The notes under the pieces are model-generated. The model searched no databases, was not told the origin of the DNA, and worked only from the letters and a program-made list of their open reading frames with translations. From Bacteroidota bacterium (GTDB taxonomy: Bacteria; Bacteroidota; Bacteroidia; AKYH767-A; 2013-40CM-41-45), in NCBI GenBank assembly GCA_016711505.1, contig JADJSV010000018.1:320352-384351 (forward strand): a stretch of DNA of 64,000 bases, given 5' to 3'. Position numbers and translations under genes: made by a program. This document shows, piece after piece, positions 31,622 to 42,747 of the stretch. Each line of letters starts with the position of its first letter. Positions within the stretch are counted from its first letter, which is position 1.

Positions 31622-31715
31622 TATTTTTTTATACCATCACTTTGAAATACAAAGTACTTTTAAATAAAGAAACTAGAAACTCATACAAACGAAATTAATC
31701 CTAAATATATCTAAA

Positions 31716-33545
31716 ATGAAAAAGAACGATTGGATACTGATCATCAGTGTAATCTTATACAGCTTCCTATTCTATAATCAATTTGCAGGAGTGAATTTTT
31801 TAATTTTCAACATCGCTCTGATAATTGGATTATTGTTGAAAGAAAGGGAACTTGTTAAAAATAAAAAGTGGAAACTTTCAGCATTCCTGAGTCTGGGAAC
31901 TTCTCTGGCAATAACCATTTATGGAAACGGACTCGCAGTATTTGCAAATGTTATTGCTTTAAGTTTGCTTTCTGCATTTAGTTTAAGAAACAACAATTCA
32001 TTTTTAATATCACTTGCATTTTCTTTTTATTCTTATGCAACGTCCGTTTTTTATATGGTACTGGATTGGCAAAAGCGAGCAAATAGTGAAGCAACAAAAT
32101 CAGTACCTTCAGTTAAAAGAACATTTCTGATCATAATACCTGTTCTGATCACAATATTCTTTTTGTTTCTCTACAGAGCGTCAAATCCATTGTTCAATGA
32201 TTTTATTAAGAAAATAAATCTGGATTTTATTTCATTTGAGCTTATCTTTTTTACAATATTTGGATTTATACTTCTTTATGGTTTTTATTATCACAGAAAG
32301 ATAAATCTTATCTCTGCGATAGATGAAAATTCTAAGCAATCTATATCAGCCGGCGCAAGCGAATCCACATTAATATTTGGAAAATCACTTTCGCAAAGCG
32401 ATGAATTATTTTCAGGAAAACTTCTCTTCGTCTTGTTGAATATTCTGGTGCTAATAATAAATATTCTGGATTTTGACTTTTTATTTATTAGTCATCATTT
32501 ACCGGAAGATGTAACATATTCTCAATTTGTTCATCAGGGAATCGGAGCATTGATCTTTTCAATTGTTATGTCTGTACTGATTATTCTCTTCTATTTCCGG
32601 GGCGGGATCAATTTTTCGAAAGATAATAAACTAATAAAGACACTTGCTTACTTATGGATAATTCAGAACGTGATCATGCTAATCTCAACCTCAATGAGGA
32701 ACGGCATGTATATAAATGAATATGGACTGACATATAAACGAATTGGAGTATTTATTTATCTTCTTCTTACTACAATTGGTCTGATTACAACATCTATAAA
32801 GATCGCAAAATATAAAACCACATCCTTCCTTATCAGGATAAACTCTTGGCTGTTTTATTTTGTTCTTGTTATTTCATGTTTTGTAAATTGGGATATGTTT
32901 ATCACCAATTACAATATTAAACATAGTGGGAAAGTCAGTAAAGATTATCTGGTTATGCTTTCTGAAACAAATCTCCCGGAACTTTTTAAACTTGAAAAGG
33001 AAGACGTTAAATTAATGAAATCTGTTATTGGTGATTCGGTTACTGATGCACAGAGATATTATGAAGTACAATTGGGGACTAAACTTTTTGAATTTATGAA
33101 GCAGGATAAACAAATGGATTGGCGGTCCTGGAATTATGATCATTCACAAGTGAAGAATGATCTTATCGATTTAAATAGTCGTTCTGAAATCCCACGGGTC
33201 AGGTTAGTAGAGAAAGGATTATATGATCTCAATGTAATTAAAGAGTTCTGGAATTTGACAGACTTGGATGTTCAGTCGAATTACATAAGATCTGTATCTG
33301 AAATTAAATTCTTCCCCGGACTTGTAAAACTTGATCTTGGTTGGAATCGAATTTCGAGATTGGAAGGAATTGATAATCTTCAAAAGTTAGAGTATCTTAA
33401 TTTGAGAGGAAATCCTATCACAGACTATTCGCCTTTACTTAAGCTGAATAATCTTAAAGAACTTCATTTGCCGATAAATATATCGAATGCACAAGTAGAC
33501 TCCCTGAAATTACGTTTCCCGGATTTGATTCTTGTCAAGTATTAA
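31716..33545 (+). CDS. polytopic membrane protein (DUF4173-like) with C-terminal leucine-rich-repeat domain
   Basis: About 12 hydrophobic segments in the first 400 aa. LRR units in the last 120 aa (LDVQSNYIRSVSEIKFFPGLVKLDLGWNRISRLEGIDNLQKLEYLNLRGNPITDYSPLLKLNNLKELHLP). Confidence 0.55.
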   Translation: MKKNDWILIISVILYSFLFYNQFAGVNFLIFNIALIIGLLLKERELVKNKKWKLSAFLSLGTSLAITIYGNGLAVFANVIALSLLSAFSLRNNNSFLISLAFSFYSYATSVFYMVLDWQKRANSEATKSVPSVKRTFLIIIPVLITIFFLFLYRASNPLFNDFIKKINLDFISFELIFFTIFGFILLYGFYYHRKINLISAIDENSKQSISAGASESTLIFGKSLSQSDELFSGKLLFVLLNILVLIINILDFDFLFISHHLPEDVTYSQFVHQGIGALIFSIVMSVLIILFYFRGGINFSKDNKLIKTLAYLWIIQNVIMLISTSMRNGMYINEYGLTYKRIGVFIYLLLTTIGLITTSIKIAKYKTTSFLIRINSWLFYFVLVISCFVNWDMFITNYNIKHSGKVSKDYLVMLSETNLPELFKLEKEDVKLMKSVIGDSVTDAQRYYEVQLGTKLFEFMKQDKQMDWRSWNYDHSQVKNDLIDLNSRSEIPRVRLVEKGLYDLNVIKEFWNLTDLDVQSNYIRSVSEIKFFPGLVKLDLGWNRISRLEGIDNLQKLEYLNLRGNPITDYSPLLKLNNLKELHLPINISNAQVDSLKLRFPDLILVKY

Positions 33546-33576
33546 TTAATTGTTCTACTGCTAATAATTAAAAACA

Positions 33577-34275
33577 ATGAAAACGATCAAATCAACCATG
33601 CTGTGGTTGACCCTGTTTGGTATAGCTATGGGTTTTCTTGAGACCTCTGTTGTAATTTATTTGCGGAAAATTTACTATCCGGATGGATTTCGCTTTCCAT
33701 TAGTTGAAATTGGAAATGATATTTTATTGGTGGAAATATTAAGAGAATTTGCAACTATGATAATGCTTTTATCTATTGGATTGCTGATTGGAAAAACAAA
33801 ATTACAACGATTCGCATTCTTTATTTTCAGTTTCGCTGTTTGGGATATATTTTATTACATCTTTCTTAAAATATTAATTGACTGGCCGGAATCATTTCTG
33901 ACACCTGATATTTTATTCTTAATTCCTGTTCCGTGGGTTGGACCGGTAGTGACACCGATCATCTTGTCTATATCAATGATTGTTTTATCATTTATTATCC
34001 TCCGACACGAAGAATCGCAGAAATCTAATTCTTTATTAAGAAGGGATTGGGTGCTATTGATCAGTGGGAGTCTAATTGCAATTATTTCATTCCTGATCAA
34101 TTTTATAAAAACACTGGAAGAAATGATGATGTCTTCAGTTTTTGGAAATAAAATGTCCATCGAAATAATTGAGCCAAACTTTTCATACCTTAACTGGACA
34201 GTATTTGGAATTGGCGAATGCCTGATTGTCTATGCAATTATCGGTATCATGAAAAAGAAACCGTTAATTGCATAG
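33577..34275 (+). CDS. hypothetical polytopic membrane protein
   Basis: 232 aa, about 6 TM segments; no recognised domain. Confidence 0.4.
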   Translation: MKTIKSTMLWLTLFGIAMGFLETSVVIYLRKIYYPDGFRFPLVEIGNDILLVEILREFATMIMLLSIGLLIGKTKLQRFAFFIFSFAVWDIFYYIFLKILIDWPESFLTPDILFLIPVPWVGPVVTPIILSISMIVLSFIILRHEESQKSNSLLRRDWVLLISGSLIAIISFLINFIKTLEEMMMSSVFGNKMSIEIIEPNFSYLNWTVFGIGECLIVYAIIGIMKKKPLIA

Positions 34276-34294
34276 ATTATTATCAGGAATAAAT

Positions 34295-35757
34295 TTATTC
34301 GATTACCAATTTTTTCACCACGGAATAATCTCCGGAAAAGATTTCAGCAGAATAAATTCCGCTTGCAAATGATGAAGTATTTACCTGAACGTTATCAGAA
34401 TTGAGATCAGCCTGGTAAATAATCTTACCAAGCATATCAGATACACGAACCTTCAAGTTGTTTCCTTTCAATCTGGAGACATCGATTGTTATATTGTTTT
34501 TTGCAGGATTAGGATAAATTGAAAAATCCAAAAATTTGTTTTCATCTATTCCTGTGAACAAATCATGTGAAGGCCATGAGGTAACTTGCGATAGGGCATT
34601 CCATACAAGATTATCTACATCAGTTGATAGTTGTGTACCATTTGCCGGACGAGTATTTAAAAGAATAGCCCAGTTTAATTGTAAATTTCCTGCCCGAACG
34701 AATTCTGTTGTTGTACCCGACAAAGATCCATTATGCCACCAGTTGTTAAAGGAGTTTACGGCAAATCCACATGCATAATTTGGATCGGTTGTCGATGGTT
34801 TGATCATCGTGTCAATTGTTGCTGTTGTAAGGATATCCGGCTTTGTTGTAAACCGATCGACAGAAACTAAAAATTTGCATAGATCTTCTGCAGACGAAAC
34901 CCAGCCACCATGAGCATCCATGTACTCAATATTGAAACCTGCGTAAGGCCATGGAACTTGCGTTGAATTATCATATACAGATGAAGCCAGGGGAGCAAAC
35001 GGATAGTCATAGTACGTTACTTCATTCGGTAAAATATCTGCTTCAAGATTTCTTCCAAGCTGAATTTCGGTAATACCCATTGGTACGAAAATAGTTCCAC
35101 GAAGATAATTTTCATAACTCTCACCGGTAATTTTTCTATTACTCTTCCTAAAATACAATATCCGAAGTTTGAATATTGTGCTTGAGTTCCGGGATCAAAA
35201 TCAAGCATTTTATTTGCAAGCATATAACGAATCATTGTAACTGCATCACCCGGTGGTGGTACACTCATAAAGGTTGCAATATTGTAAGCGTTGAACATCG
35301 GATCTCCGGAGATATTTCTATTCCATCCGCCTTCATGTTGCAATAATTGTCTGACAGTAATATCTGTTACTCTGCTATCAAGAATATTCTGGTAAATGGA
35401 ATCATTCAAAATTCCGGTTGGTCCGAAAACTTTTGCATCGAGTGTAAGTAAACCTTGTTCGAAAAGTTTCATAACTGCAACTGATGTTATCGGTTTTGAT
35501 AAACTCGCAATTCGGAATACACTATTTGGTTGAACAAGTGAAGATGTAGATGTATTTGCATAGCCAAATCCCCGATTGTAAACAAGCCTTCCATGATAAG
35601 TTAAAGCCAATTGGCCACCCGGCACACTATGGTTTGCGAGTAAGGTAGTCATTGCTGCATCAAAGGCAGCTAATTCAGGTACGTATAATCCTGTTTGTGC
35701 TTTTGTTTGTATTATACTACTGACGAGAATGAGAATAGAAGTAAAGATTTTTTTCAT
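34295..35757 (-). CDS. beta-lactamase-family serine hydrolase with T9SS C-terminal sorting domain (1-nt frameshift in an A-run near 35110)
   Basis: Signal peptide MKKIFTSILILVSSIIQTKAQ; SxxK active-site motif RIASLSKPIT; YSNFGY motif; the C-terminal fragment carries the Por-secretion tail (SIYPNPAKNNITI...GIYSAEI). The supplied upstream ORF extension begins at a TTG. Confidence 0.6.
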
Positions 35758-35905
35758 AGTGATGAGGTTAAGTGATGTTTTCGGATATATTGAATTCAAA
35801 CTTTCGGGAATTTGAATTTATTTAATTCAAACAGGTAGTAAAACAAATTACTTCAATATTATCAGTTATAAAAATACTTAAAATTGATTACGATGACAAA
35901 AATTA

Positions 35906-36214
35906 TTAATGATTACGCAAGTAGAAAGCTAATATTATCAATGTGAAACTTGCCGGAATTCCAATTATGAGTGACCAGAATAAACTTTTCGAATTGTCCC
36001 ATTTTTGCAGCAAAAACAAATATATCAGGTATGAAAGTAGAAAAGTTGGGACAAAATAAATGAGTAATGCTACCAGATTCCCTATTTTAAATAAATCTCC
36101 GACTTCCTTAGTCTCATAGTCAAGCCAGAATAATCCCCAACATGCAAGTAAAACAGAAAATGACAGAATCAAAGTTGATTTGAATGATGATTTGGTAATG
36201 GTCTGGGTTGTCAT
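35906..36214 (-). CDS. small hypothetical membrane protein
   Basis: 102 aa, 3 hydrophobic segments. Confidence 0.35.
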   Translation of the reverse strand: MTTQTITKSSFKSTLILSFSVLLACWGLFWLDYETKEVGDLFKIGNLVALLIYFVPTFLLSYLIYLFLLQKWDNSKSLFWSLIIGIPASFTLIILAFYLRNH

Positions 36215-36251
36215 TCTAGGGTTTTTTTGACTAACGAATTCGATTCCTTCT

Positions 36252-37763
36252 TTATTTTATTTGTAACGGTAAAATTAGTTTATCAAAATCGGTTTTAAAT
36301 TTACTGTCGAGAACAGGAGTTACCTTATCACTGAAGGAAAAATGAACGCCTTCAATGATTTTCTCTCTATGTTCAATTGGACAGTTTTCTACTATAGAAA
36401 TTAACTTTAGAAGATCTTTCTGTTCTTTTTTATTCTCAAGAATTGTTGCTGATAAGCCCCAGCCTAATCCAATAGTAAATTCATCACGAAATTCAGCTTT
36501 TGAAATATCTCTTATCTTAAATAATTTTTCTGTATCATGTCCGAATTTTCTTGCCGTAACCCATCCGGCTGCTTTGTAAAGCGGATATTCTGTTTTTTTT
36601 GTTGAATAAATGTATTCGGTGGATGCAATTACACAAAGTAATATCCAGCTGACGAGTAAGAAGTATTTACTTTTTGCCGAATGATAAAAACCAGCCATCA
36701 TTATCAGGACTAGAACTGGAATGATGTAACATAAGTGCCGGTAGAATACATAGCCTTTGTGTTCAAAGTACCATGTAAAGAATGGACTAAAAGAATATAG
36801 AATGAAAAAAATTATCACAAGAGAAATAGAAAGTGATTTAATCTGTAGCGAAATTGTCTTTGACCGAATGAAGAAAATAATTCCGGTCAAAATGAATGCT
36901 GCAATTATATATTTCAGTATTGAACTTAATAGAGCGGGAGAGTTTAGCAAAAACGATCCGGGAAGAGTTTTATACCAGACTTCCATAAAATTTGTTAAAC
37001 TCGTTGTTGTCAAAAAATTATTTAAAGGAACTCCACGAATTGATGCAACAGGATTTTTTTCCAGACCAAATCCGGTGTCGATAAAAATTCTTGTATATAA
37101 GTGCGGCATTAAAATTATAAAGCAAGTAAGACTAAATTTTAATAACGATTTTACCCGCATTCCGGTGAAATTTTCTGAAAGCAATATGTACAGGATAGAA
37201 AGTATGACCAACGATATGTTGTCGTAAGAATAGGAGATAGCAATTCCTGACAACAATCCCAGAAATATTATCAGATTTTTTGATTGCTTGTATGTTACTG
37301 CTATGTATAAAAAAAGAAATGGAAAAAATGATGATAGGGCATGCATTCCAAAATTTACAATGGTCCAAGGAATAAGAAGAGGAATAGAAAAAATTGTCCA
37401 TACACCAAACCATAATGCAACTTGTTTCCCAAAGACTTGTTCTGCTACTCTTATCTGAATCAATCGGGAGAAAAAATCAATTGCTAAAGCAACCCAGGAT
37501 AAAGTTGGTAATATATTTTCAAAAGGCCGGAATAGAATGGAAATAAAACCGAAAAGAAAACTCCCGCCTTCGTGTGGATAATGAATGAACTGTAAATATG
37601 AGAATGAAAGACTGTTGAACATTTCATCAATGCTCAATCCCCATGCTAATTGATCAGGAGAAGATAACCAGGCTTTTGTCGAATATCCATAAATAAACCG
37701 CACAATTGTTCCTGCAATGAGAATTAAAGTCAGATGGCGGTTATTTATTTTTTCATTTGTCAT
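36252..37763 (-). CDS. hypothetical polytopic membrane protein (GT-C / GT39-like topology)
   Basis: 503 aa, more than 10 TM segments, N-terminal ...IVRFIYGY... loop reminiscent of GT-C glycosyltransferases; weak assignment. Confidence 0.4.
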   Translation of the reverse strand: MTNEKINNRHLTLILIAGTIVRFIYGYSTKAWLSSPDQLAWGLSIDEMFNSLSFSYLQFIHYPHEGGSFLFGFISILFRPFENILPTLSWVALAIDFFSRLIQIRVAEQVFGKQVALWFGVWTIFSIPLLIPWTIVNFGMHALSSFFPFLFLYIAVTYKQSKNLIIFLGLLSGIAISYSYDNISLVILSILYILLSENFTGMRVKSLLKFSLTCFIILMPHLYTRIFIDTGFGLEKNPVASIRGVPLNNFLTTTSLTNFMEVWYKTLPGSFLLNSPALLSSILKYIIAAFILTGIIFFIRSKTISLQIKSLSISLVIIFFILYSFSPFFTWYFEHKGYVFYRHLCYIIPVLVLIMMAGFYHSAKSKYFLLVSWILLCVIASTEYIYSTKKTEYPLYKAAGWVTARKFGHDTEKLFKIRDISKAEFRDEFTIGLGWGLSATILENKKEQKDLLKLISIVENCPIEHREKIIEGVHFSFSDKVTPVLDSKFKTDFDKLILPLQIK

Positions 37764-37852
37764 TAGGGGATGTTTCGGTGGCTAATATATTGAAATTCTT
37801 TATAAGATTTAGCCAATGGAATATGTAATGAATTTAATCTGGTAAAAAATAA

Positions 37853-37958
37853 AACACTAAGATCACTAAGTTTTTAGCACAAGAACACAAGTGATGCTCT
37901 TTTCATAGTACCTTTATAGCTGATTTAGTTGAACTCGAAAGTTAGTGATCTTAGTGTT
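37853..37958. repeat. MITE-like palindromic element, copy B (inverted relative to copy A)
   Basis: AACACTAAGATCACTAA ... TTAGTGATCTTAGTGTT terminal inverted repeats. The inner ~38 bp (TTTTTAGCACAAGAACACAAGTGATGCTCTTTTCATAG) match the reverse complement of copy A's core. Confidence 0.5.
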
Positions 37959-37990
37959 AACCCTTTTCTAAAATTAGTTTCAAGCATTCA

Positions 37991-38581
37991 TTAGAATAAG
38001 ACCTGATACCCAAAATGAATTGCAACGATATATGAAAATTTATCAATACTGAATTCATTTTCGGCTATGTAATTTTGTCCTGAAGTAATAATTTCTTTTC
38101 CAACATTTACCCATGGATTCAAATAGAAACCTGAATTCCGAAATGGTTTATAAACGTAGCCAACCCTTAGATTTGGATAGATACTTTTAAAATTCATGGC
38201 TTCTTTTCTTGCATTTATTCCGATCGTTTTTGAATAATAAAAAACGGACGGACCCAAATGAAAACCGGATCTGTTGTCTGATAAAAAGTAATCAGCAAAC
38301 AAAGCATAACTGGTATTGATCTTCACATCACGGAAACCTTTTTCGAAATTTGATTTCTTCATCATTTTATCCGGAAAATCGGAACGATAAACGGAACCTG
38401 TGATTGTGAAGTGATTTAATGTGGAAGGACTATATTTCATACTAAAAGAGTATCCGCCCAGGATAAACGGTGCCGGATCCAATTCGATGGAAAGATAATT
38501 CTTCGATGTTGACAAGGTGTCTTCCTTGGCACTTGCTGCAAGTCCAAGCAGAAGAAAGGCGATGATTTTGATATTTTTCAT
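37991..38581 (-). CDS. hypothetical outer-membrane beta-barrel protein
   Basis: Signal peptide MKNIKIIAFLLLGLAASA, alternating amphipathic strands, C-terminal ...GYQVLF; the supplied ORF starts at an upstream TTG. Confidence 0.4.
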   Translation of the reverse strand: MKNIKIIAFLLLGLAASAKEDTLSTSKNYLSIELDPAPFILGGYSFSMKYSPSTLNHFTITGSVYRSDFPDKMMKKSNFEKGFRDVKINTSYALFADYFLSDNRSGFHLGPSVFYYSKTIGINARKEAMNFKSIYPNLRVGYVYKPFRNSGFYLNPWVNVGKEIITSGQNYIAENEFSIDKFSYIVAIHFGYQVLF

Positions 38582-38658
38582 TTGTTTTTGAGTTATTAAT
38601 TGTCCGGCAAATAACCGGTCATTAAGTTTAATACCCATTAACAAATGATAAAAAGTGA

Positions 38659-39213
38659 TCAGCCTTTCAAAATTTCTTTTCTTAAACGACTTAGCGATAC
38701 ATTTGTAATTCCCAGATAAGAGGCAATTATTGAATGAGGAATCAAATTCTCCAATAAACTATATTCATTTCTGAAATTTATTAGCCTGTCCTTCGCCGAC
38801 AAAGATGCCAATGAGATTTCTTTCTCTGTCTTTTTAATCAGTTCATTTAATAAAATTGAATTTCCAAAATTTCTTATTTCAAGATTCTGAATCATAAGAT
38901 TTAAAAACTGATCACTGTCGAATTCGATCAAATGTAATTTTGTTAAAGCCTGTAAATTGAAAAGTGATTGATTGTTTTTTGTTCTTATAATATGTGGTGA
39001 TAAAACGGAATTTGTTTTATAAAACGATAGTGTTATTTCTTCGCCTTCAGGATTTAGAAGAAAACTTCTGCAGTAACCTTCAACTATGATGTATTCTGAA
39101 TTATTTCTTTGTCCTACCTTAACGAATACTTCATCTTTTTCAAAGGAAATTTCTTTGAATAATTTTTCTAATTCAGAAAATGAACTATCCGAAAGCGGTA
39201 AAATGTTTTTCAT
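38659..39213 (-). CDS. Crp/Fnr family transcriptional regulator
   Basis: N-terminal cNMP-binding-like beta-roll plus C-terminal HTH (IASYLGITNVSLSRLRKEI). Confidence 0.7.
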   Translation of the reverse strand: MKNILPLSDSSFSELEKLFKEISFEKDEVFVKVGQRNNSEYIIVEGYCRSFLLNPEGEEITLSFYKTNSVLSPHIIRTKNNQSLFNLQALTKLHLIEFDSDQFLNLMIQNLEIRNFGNSILLNELIKKTEKEISLASLSAKDRLINFRNEYSLLENLIPHSIIASYLGITNVSLSRLRKEILKG

Positions 39214-40382
39214 TCTGCTCCCATTAGTTTTTTATTAAACGACACAAGAAGTTTAAACAAGTCTTCATGTTCATTCAATGGCAGTGTTTCGCTCTTGTCA
39301 TAAATATCATGATAGTAACTTATACCACCTAATGTGTAGAAGAAAAAGGAAGGAACACCTTTCTCAGTAAAAAAATAGTGGTCACTATTAGCAGCTTTGC
39401 CTCTGGAATTTACAGCCTTTAATAATTGATACTCTGAATTTACATTTTGGAGTATTTTGAACTCTTGAGGAAACTCTGATGCATTTACTACTGTTATTCC
39501 ATCTATGCCGGTACCTGCCAGATCTGTATTTGTCAGAAACCTTATTTTATTTAAGGGGATCAGCGGATTTTCTGTAAAATATTTTGATCCTACTAATCCG
39601 GCTTCTTCACCTGAAAACAAGATAAATCCGATACTATAACGCTGTGGATTTTTTGCATAGAATCTGGCGAGATTCAGAAGAAGCGCAACACCACTTGCAT
39701 TATCATTTGCTCCGGGGAAATATGTGTCTGAGCCAAGACCTCCGAGATGATCATAGTGAGCAGTAATCAGTAAAAATGAATCAGGAACTATAATTCCATT
39801 AACAAAACCACAAATATTAGTTGCTTCAAATTTTTTACGAAATACATTTTCAATATTTATCTTATATGAATTGGGTAATTTATTGATTGATGATTTTAAA
39901 ATCTTAATAATTGTAAGATCGCCAACTTCCTGCGAAACATCCATTGTCAGTTTCTCTTCTAGTTTTATAATTAACCTGCTACTTTTATCTACAAAGGAAA
40001 CAGAATCTACCTGAACAAGATTTCCTGATCCGGAAAAGCCTTTACTTTCTGCTGCAAGAATAAAATCTTTTCCGGGAACTAATTTTACATCATTAATTGT
40101 TAACTCCATTTTCCCGGGAAATGTATTTACAGAAAAAGAGTACTCCTGATAGTAATTTTTACCTTTCATCGGAAGCAATTTGTATTCCGAAAATTGTTGA
40201 GCCAGAAAATTACCTGCTGTCTTCATTCCGTCTTTGGTATAGCCGCGCCCCCAGAAAACTTCACTGCTTAGTGTGTCAACAATTTTTCTCCCAAATTCTA
40301 AATCCTGTGCCTTTCCTGAAATTGAAAAAAAGTTGGCAATTACCAGAATAGTATACCGTATGATTATTCTGTTTGATTTCAA
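39210..40382 (-). CDS. M28 family zinc peptidase
   Basis: HYDHLGGLG, GANDNASGVALLLNLARFY, FILFSGEEAGLVGSKYF metal-ligand motifs; signal peptide; apparent TTG start. Confidence 0.75.
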   Translation of the reverse strand: MKSNRIIIRYTILVIANFFSISGKAQDLEFGRKIVDTLSSEVFWGRGYTKDGMKTAGNFLAQQFSEYKLLPMKGKNYYQEYSFSVNTFPGKMELTINDVKLVPGKDFILAAESKGFSGSGNLVQVDSVSFVDKSSRLIIKLEEKLTMDVSQEVGDLTIIKILKSSINKLPNSYKINIENVFRKKFEATNICGFVNGIIVPDSFLLITAHYDHLGGLGSDTYFPGANDNASGVALLLNLARFYAKNPQRYSIGFILFSGEEAGLVGSKYFTENPLIPLNKIRFLTNTDLAGTGIDGITVVNASEFPQEFKILQNVNSEYQLLKAVNSRGKAANSDHYFFTEKGVPSFFFYTLGGISYYHDIYDKSETLPLNEHEDLFKLLVSFNKKLMGAE

Positions 40383-40527
40383 TTTTTAATTGCTTTTAAT
40401 TGTATAGATTGATTCAAAATGAGTATAAAATGCATGTGTGTGCAGGTTTGAAATACATAATTACTAAAAAATTGAATAAAGTTTGAAAATTATTATACAT
40501 TTATTGGACATTTAAATTTAAGTCAAA

Positions 40528-41967
40528 ATGAACTTTAGAAATTACACATTAATTATATTCTTCTTAATTTCTAATTCAATAAATGCACAGAAATACGGCA
40601 ATGTCTGGCATTTTGGTGATCAGGCAGGAATAGATTTTAAATCCTGTAAAGCAGAAGCGTTTATAAGTAGTTCAATCACCGGTTTTGAAGGATGTGCTGC
40701 AATTTGTGATAATAACGGGAATATTTTGTTTTATACAAATTCTGATGTAGTTTGGAATAAAACGAATTCTGTAATGTCGAATGGAAACCTGATCTCCAGC
40801 AGTGGGTCGTTAAGTCAGGTTCTAATAATTCCCCAACCCGGATCAACAACTATCTTTTACATTATCACTACAAAAATTCAAGCAAGTGGAAATTTAACGA
40901 TGCAATATCATACAATTGATATGCTTCAGAATTCAGGACTTGGTGAAGTTGTAAGTAGCAATAATGTAATGACAACCTGGAACATCACTGAACAGGTTGC
41001 TGCAACAACTCATGCAAATGGAACAGATATCTGGGTTATGACTCATGAGTATGGAACGGATAAGTTTCTTTCATTTCTTGTTACTTCGGGTGGAATTAAT
41101 CTGACTCCAATTATTTCTTCAATTGGACCAACGCATGTTTCCTGCACTTCTAATATTAATTCAAGAGGAGAGATAAAATTTTCACCGGATGGAAGTATGG
41201 TTGCATTCAATGGAAATGGAGTTGGTAATAATAGTTTGACTAATATTCTTGCGCTTTTTGATTTCGACAATGCGACAGGAATAGTTTCCAATGCAATTAA
41301 TCTACCCTATAGCAATGGTGAATTCGGTTTGTCTTTTTCCCCTGATAATTCAAAACTTTATGGCTCTACCTGGAAAGCATTTGCCTTTGGAGCAGGAGAG
41401 TATAATTATATTTATCAATTCGATCTTTCATCCGGAAACCCAAATTCTATTATCAATTCAAAAGTAATTATTGATTCAGTAGCAACAAATTCGATCTATG
41501 GCTCAATGAAAATTGGTCCGGACGGGAAAATTTATGTTGCAAGAATGAACGCTCAATATGTTGGTGTGATAAATGAGCCAAATCTTGTAGGAGTCGCTTG
41601 TAATTATGTGAGTAATGGATTCTATCTGGATGGAAAAATTTGTAAGTACGGATTGAATAATTATATCGAATACCAAACTTATTGCACACCGGCAACAAGT
41701 ATCGATCAAGTGAATGCAGAAAGTAATCTTATTTCAATTTTTCCAAATCCGGTTTCTGAAAAAACAAAAATTAAAATTAAGGTTGAGTTGAAAAAAGCAA
41801 CAATGATAGTATTCAATTCACTTAATCAAGAGATTTCAAGAATTGTGAATGTTTCAGGAAACCAATTTGAATTTGACAGCAATAATCTGCCTGCAGGATT
41901 GTATTATATTTTACTGATTGAAGATAACTCTGAAATAGCAAGAAATAAATTTGTTAAAGTAGAATGA
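40528..41967 (+). CDS. hypothetical T9SS cargo protein
   Basis: Signal peptide; C-terminal Por-secretion tail (ISIFPNPVSEKTKIKI...GLYYILL). Confidence 0.5.
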   Translation: MNFRNYTLIIFFLISNSINAQKYGNVWHFGDQAGIDFKSCKAEAFISSSITGFEGCAAICDNNGNILFYTNSDVVWNKTNSVMSNGNLISSSGSLSQVLIIPQPGSTTIFYIITTKIQASGNLTMQYHTIDMLQNSGLGEVVSSNNVMTTWNITEQVAATTHANGTDIWVMTHEYGTDKFLSFLVTSGGINLTPIISSIGPTHVSCTSNINSRGEIKFSPDGSMVAFNGNGVGNNSLTNILALFDFDNATGIVSNAINLPYSNGEFGLSFSPDNSKLYGSTWKAFAFGAGEYNYIYQFDLSSGNPNSIINSKVIIDSVATNSIYGSMKIGPDGKIYVARMNAQYVGVINEPNLVGVACNYVSNGFYLDGKICKYGLNNYIEYQTYCTPATSIDQVNAESNLISIFPNPVSEKTKIKIKVELKKATMIVFNSLNQEISRIVNVSGNQFEFDSNNLPAGLYYILLIEDNSEIARNKFVKVE

Positions 41968-41979
41968 GAGAGTAATAAA

Positions 41980-42663
41980 CTATTTTACAAAGTTCCAGAT
42001 AGTCCATAGAATGAAACAGCTGATTCCGAGCAGGAATATTCTGTTTCCATGTTTTCTGTCACTAGGCGAATTGGCATAAACACGGACACCATTAGGTAGT
42101 GTTTTCTTTTGTGATAATAATAACCATCCGATTATTATCGCCAGTATTCCGCCGAAAAGTGAAAAAATATATCCAAGAACAATCCATAATGTTTCACTTT
42201 TATCAGGTTTTGAAAGTTCAACTAAACGTTCTTGTTTCAATTTACTTGTCTGAATAATATCGATTTCCTTTCCTCTTTCTTTCAGGATTTTTTGCGCCAA
42301 TACCAAATCAAGCGGGCTCCATTCGTCGGACTTAAATATTACTTCCATTAACTCCTCATCTGTAAACTGAAACAAATGATAATCGCTGTCAATACCTTCA
42401 ATTTGCTTTTTCGAGATTCCAATGATAATATTTTCTGCTTTATTAAAATCTCCTTTTCTTAATTTTATTGTAAACTCTTTTATCGGCTCGCTATTAGTAA
42501 GAAGTGGGGCAGGGGTAGTTGTTTCAGATATAATGTAGTCGATTTTAGAATCTTTAAAAGCACTTCCAATTTCGTTTGCATACTCTTCATCATTAAATTT
42601 TCTGAATACTACGAATTGATCTGTATGTTCTTCCTGGTAATCAAGTATTGGATCTCCGGCCAT
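41980..42663 (-). CDS. hypothetical protein with C-terminal membrane anchor
   Basis: 227 aa, acidic N-terminal domain, two C-terminal TM segments. Confidence 0.4.
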   Translation of the reverse strand: MAGDPILDYQEEHTDQFVVFRKFNDEEYANEIGSAFKDSKIDYIISETTTPAPLLTNSEPIKEFTIKLRKGDFNKAENIIIGISKKQIEGIDSDYHLFQFTDEELMEVIFKSDEWSPLDLVLAQKILKERGKEIDIIQTSKLKQERLVELSKPDKSETLWIVLGYIFSLFGGILAIIIGWLLLSQKKTLPNGVRVYANSPSDRKHGNRIFLLGISCFILWTIWNFVK

Positions 42664-42747
42664 AAAATTGATTTTATGTTAAGTTAGATTTAGTTATATT
42701 TTTCATTGTAGAATTCAATAGAAAATATTTTTTGTTTTGGGAAATTA

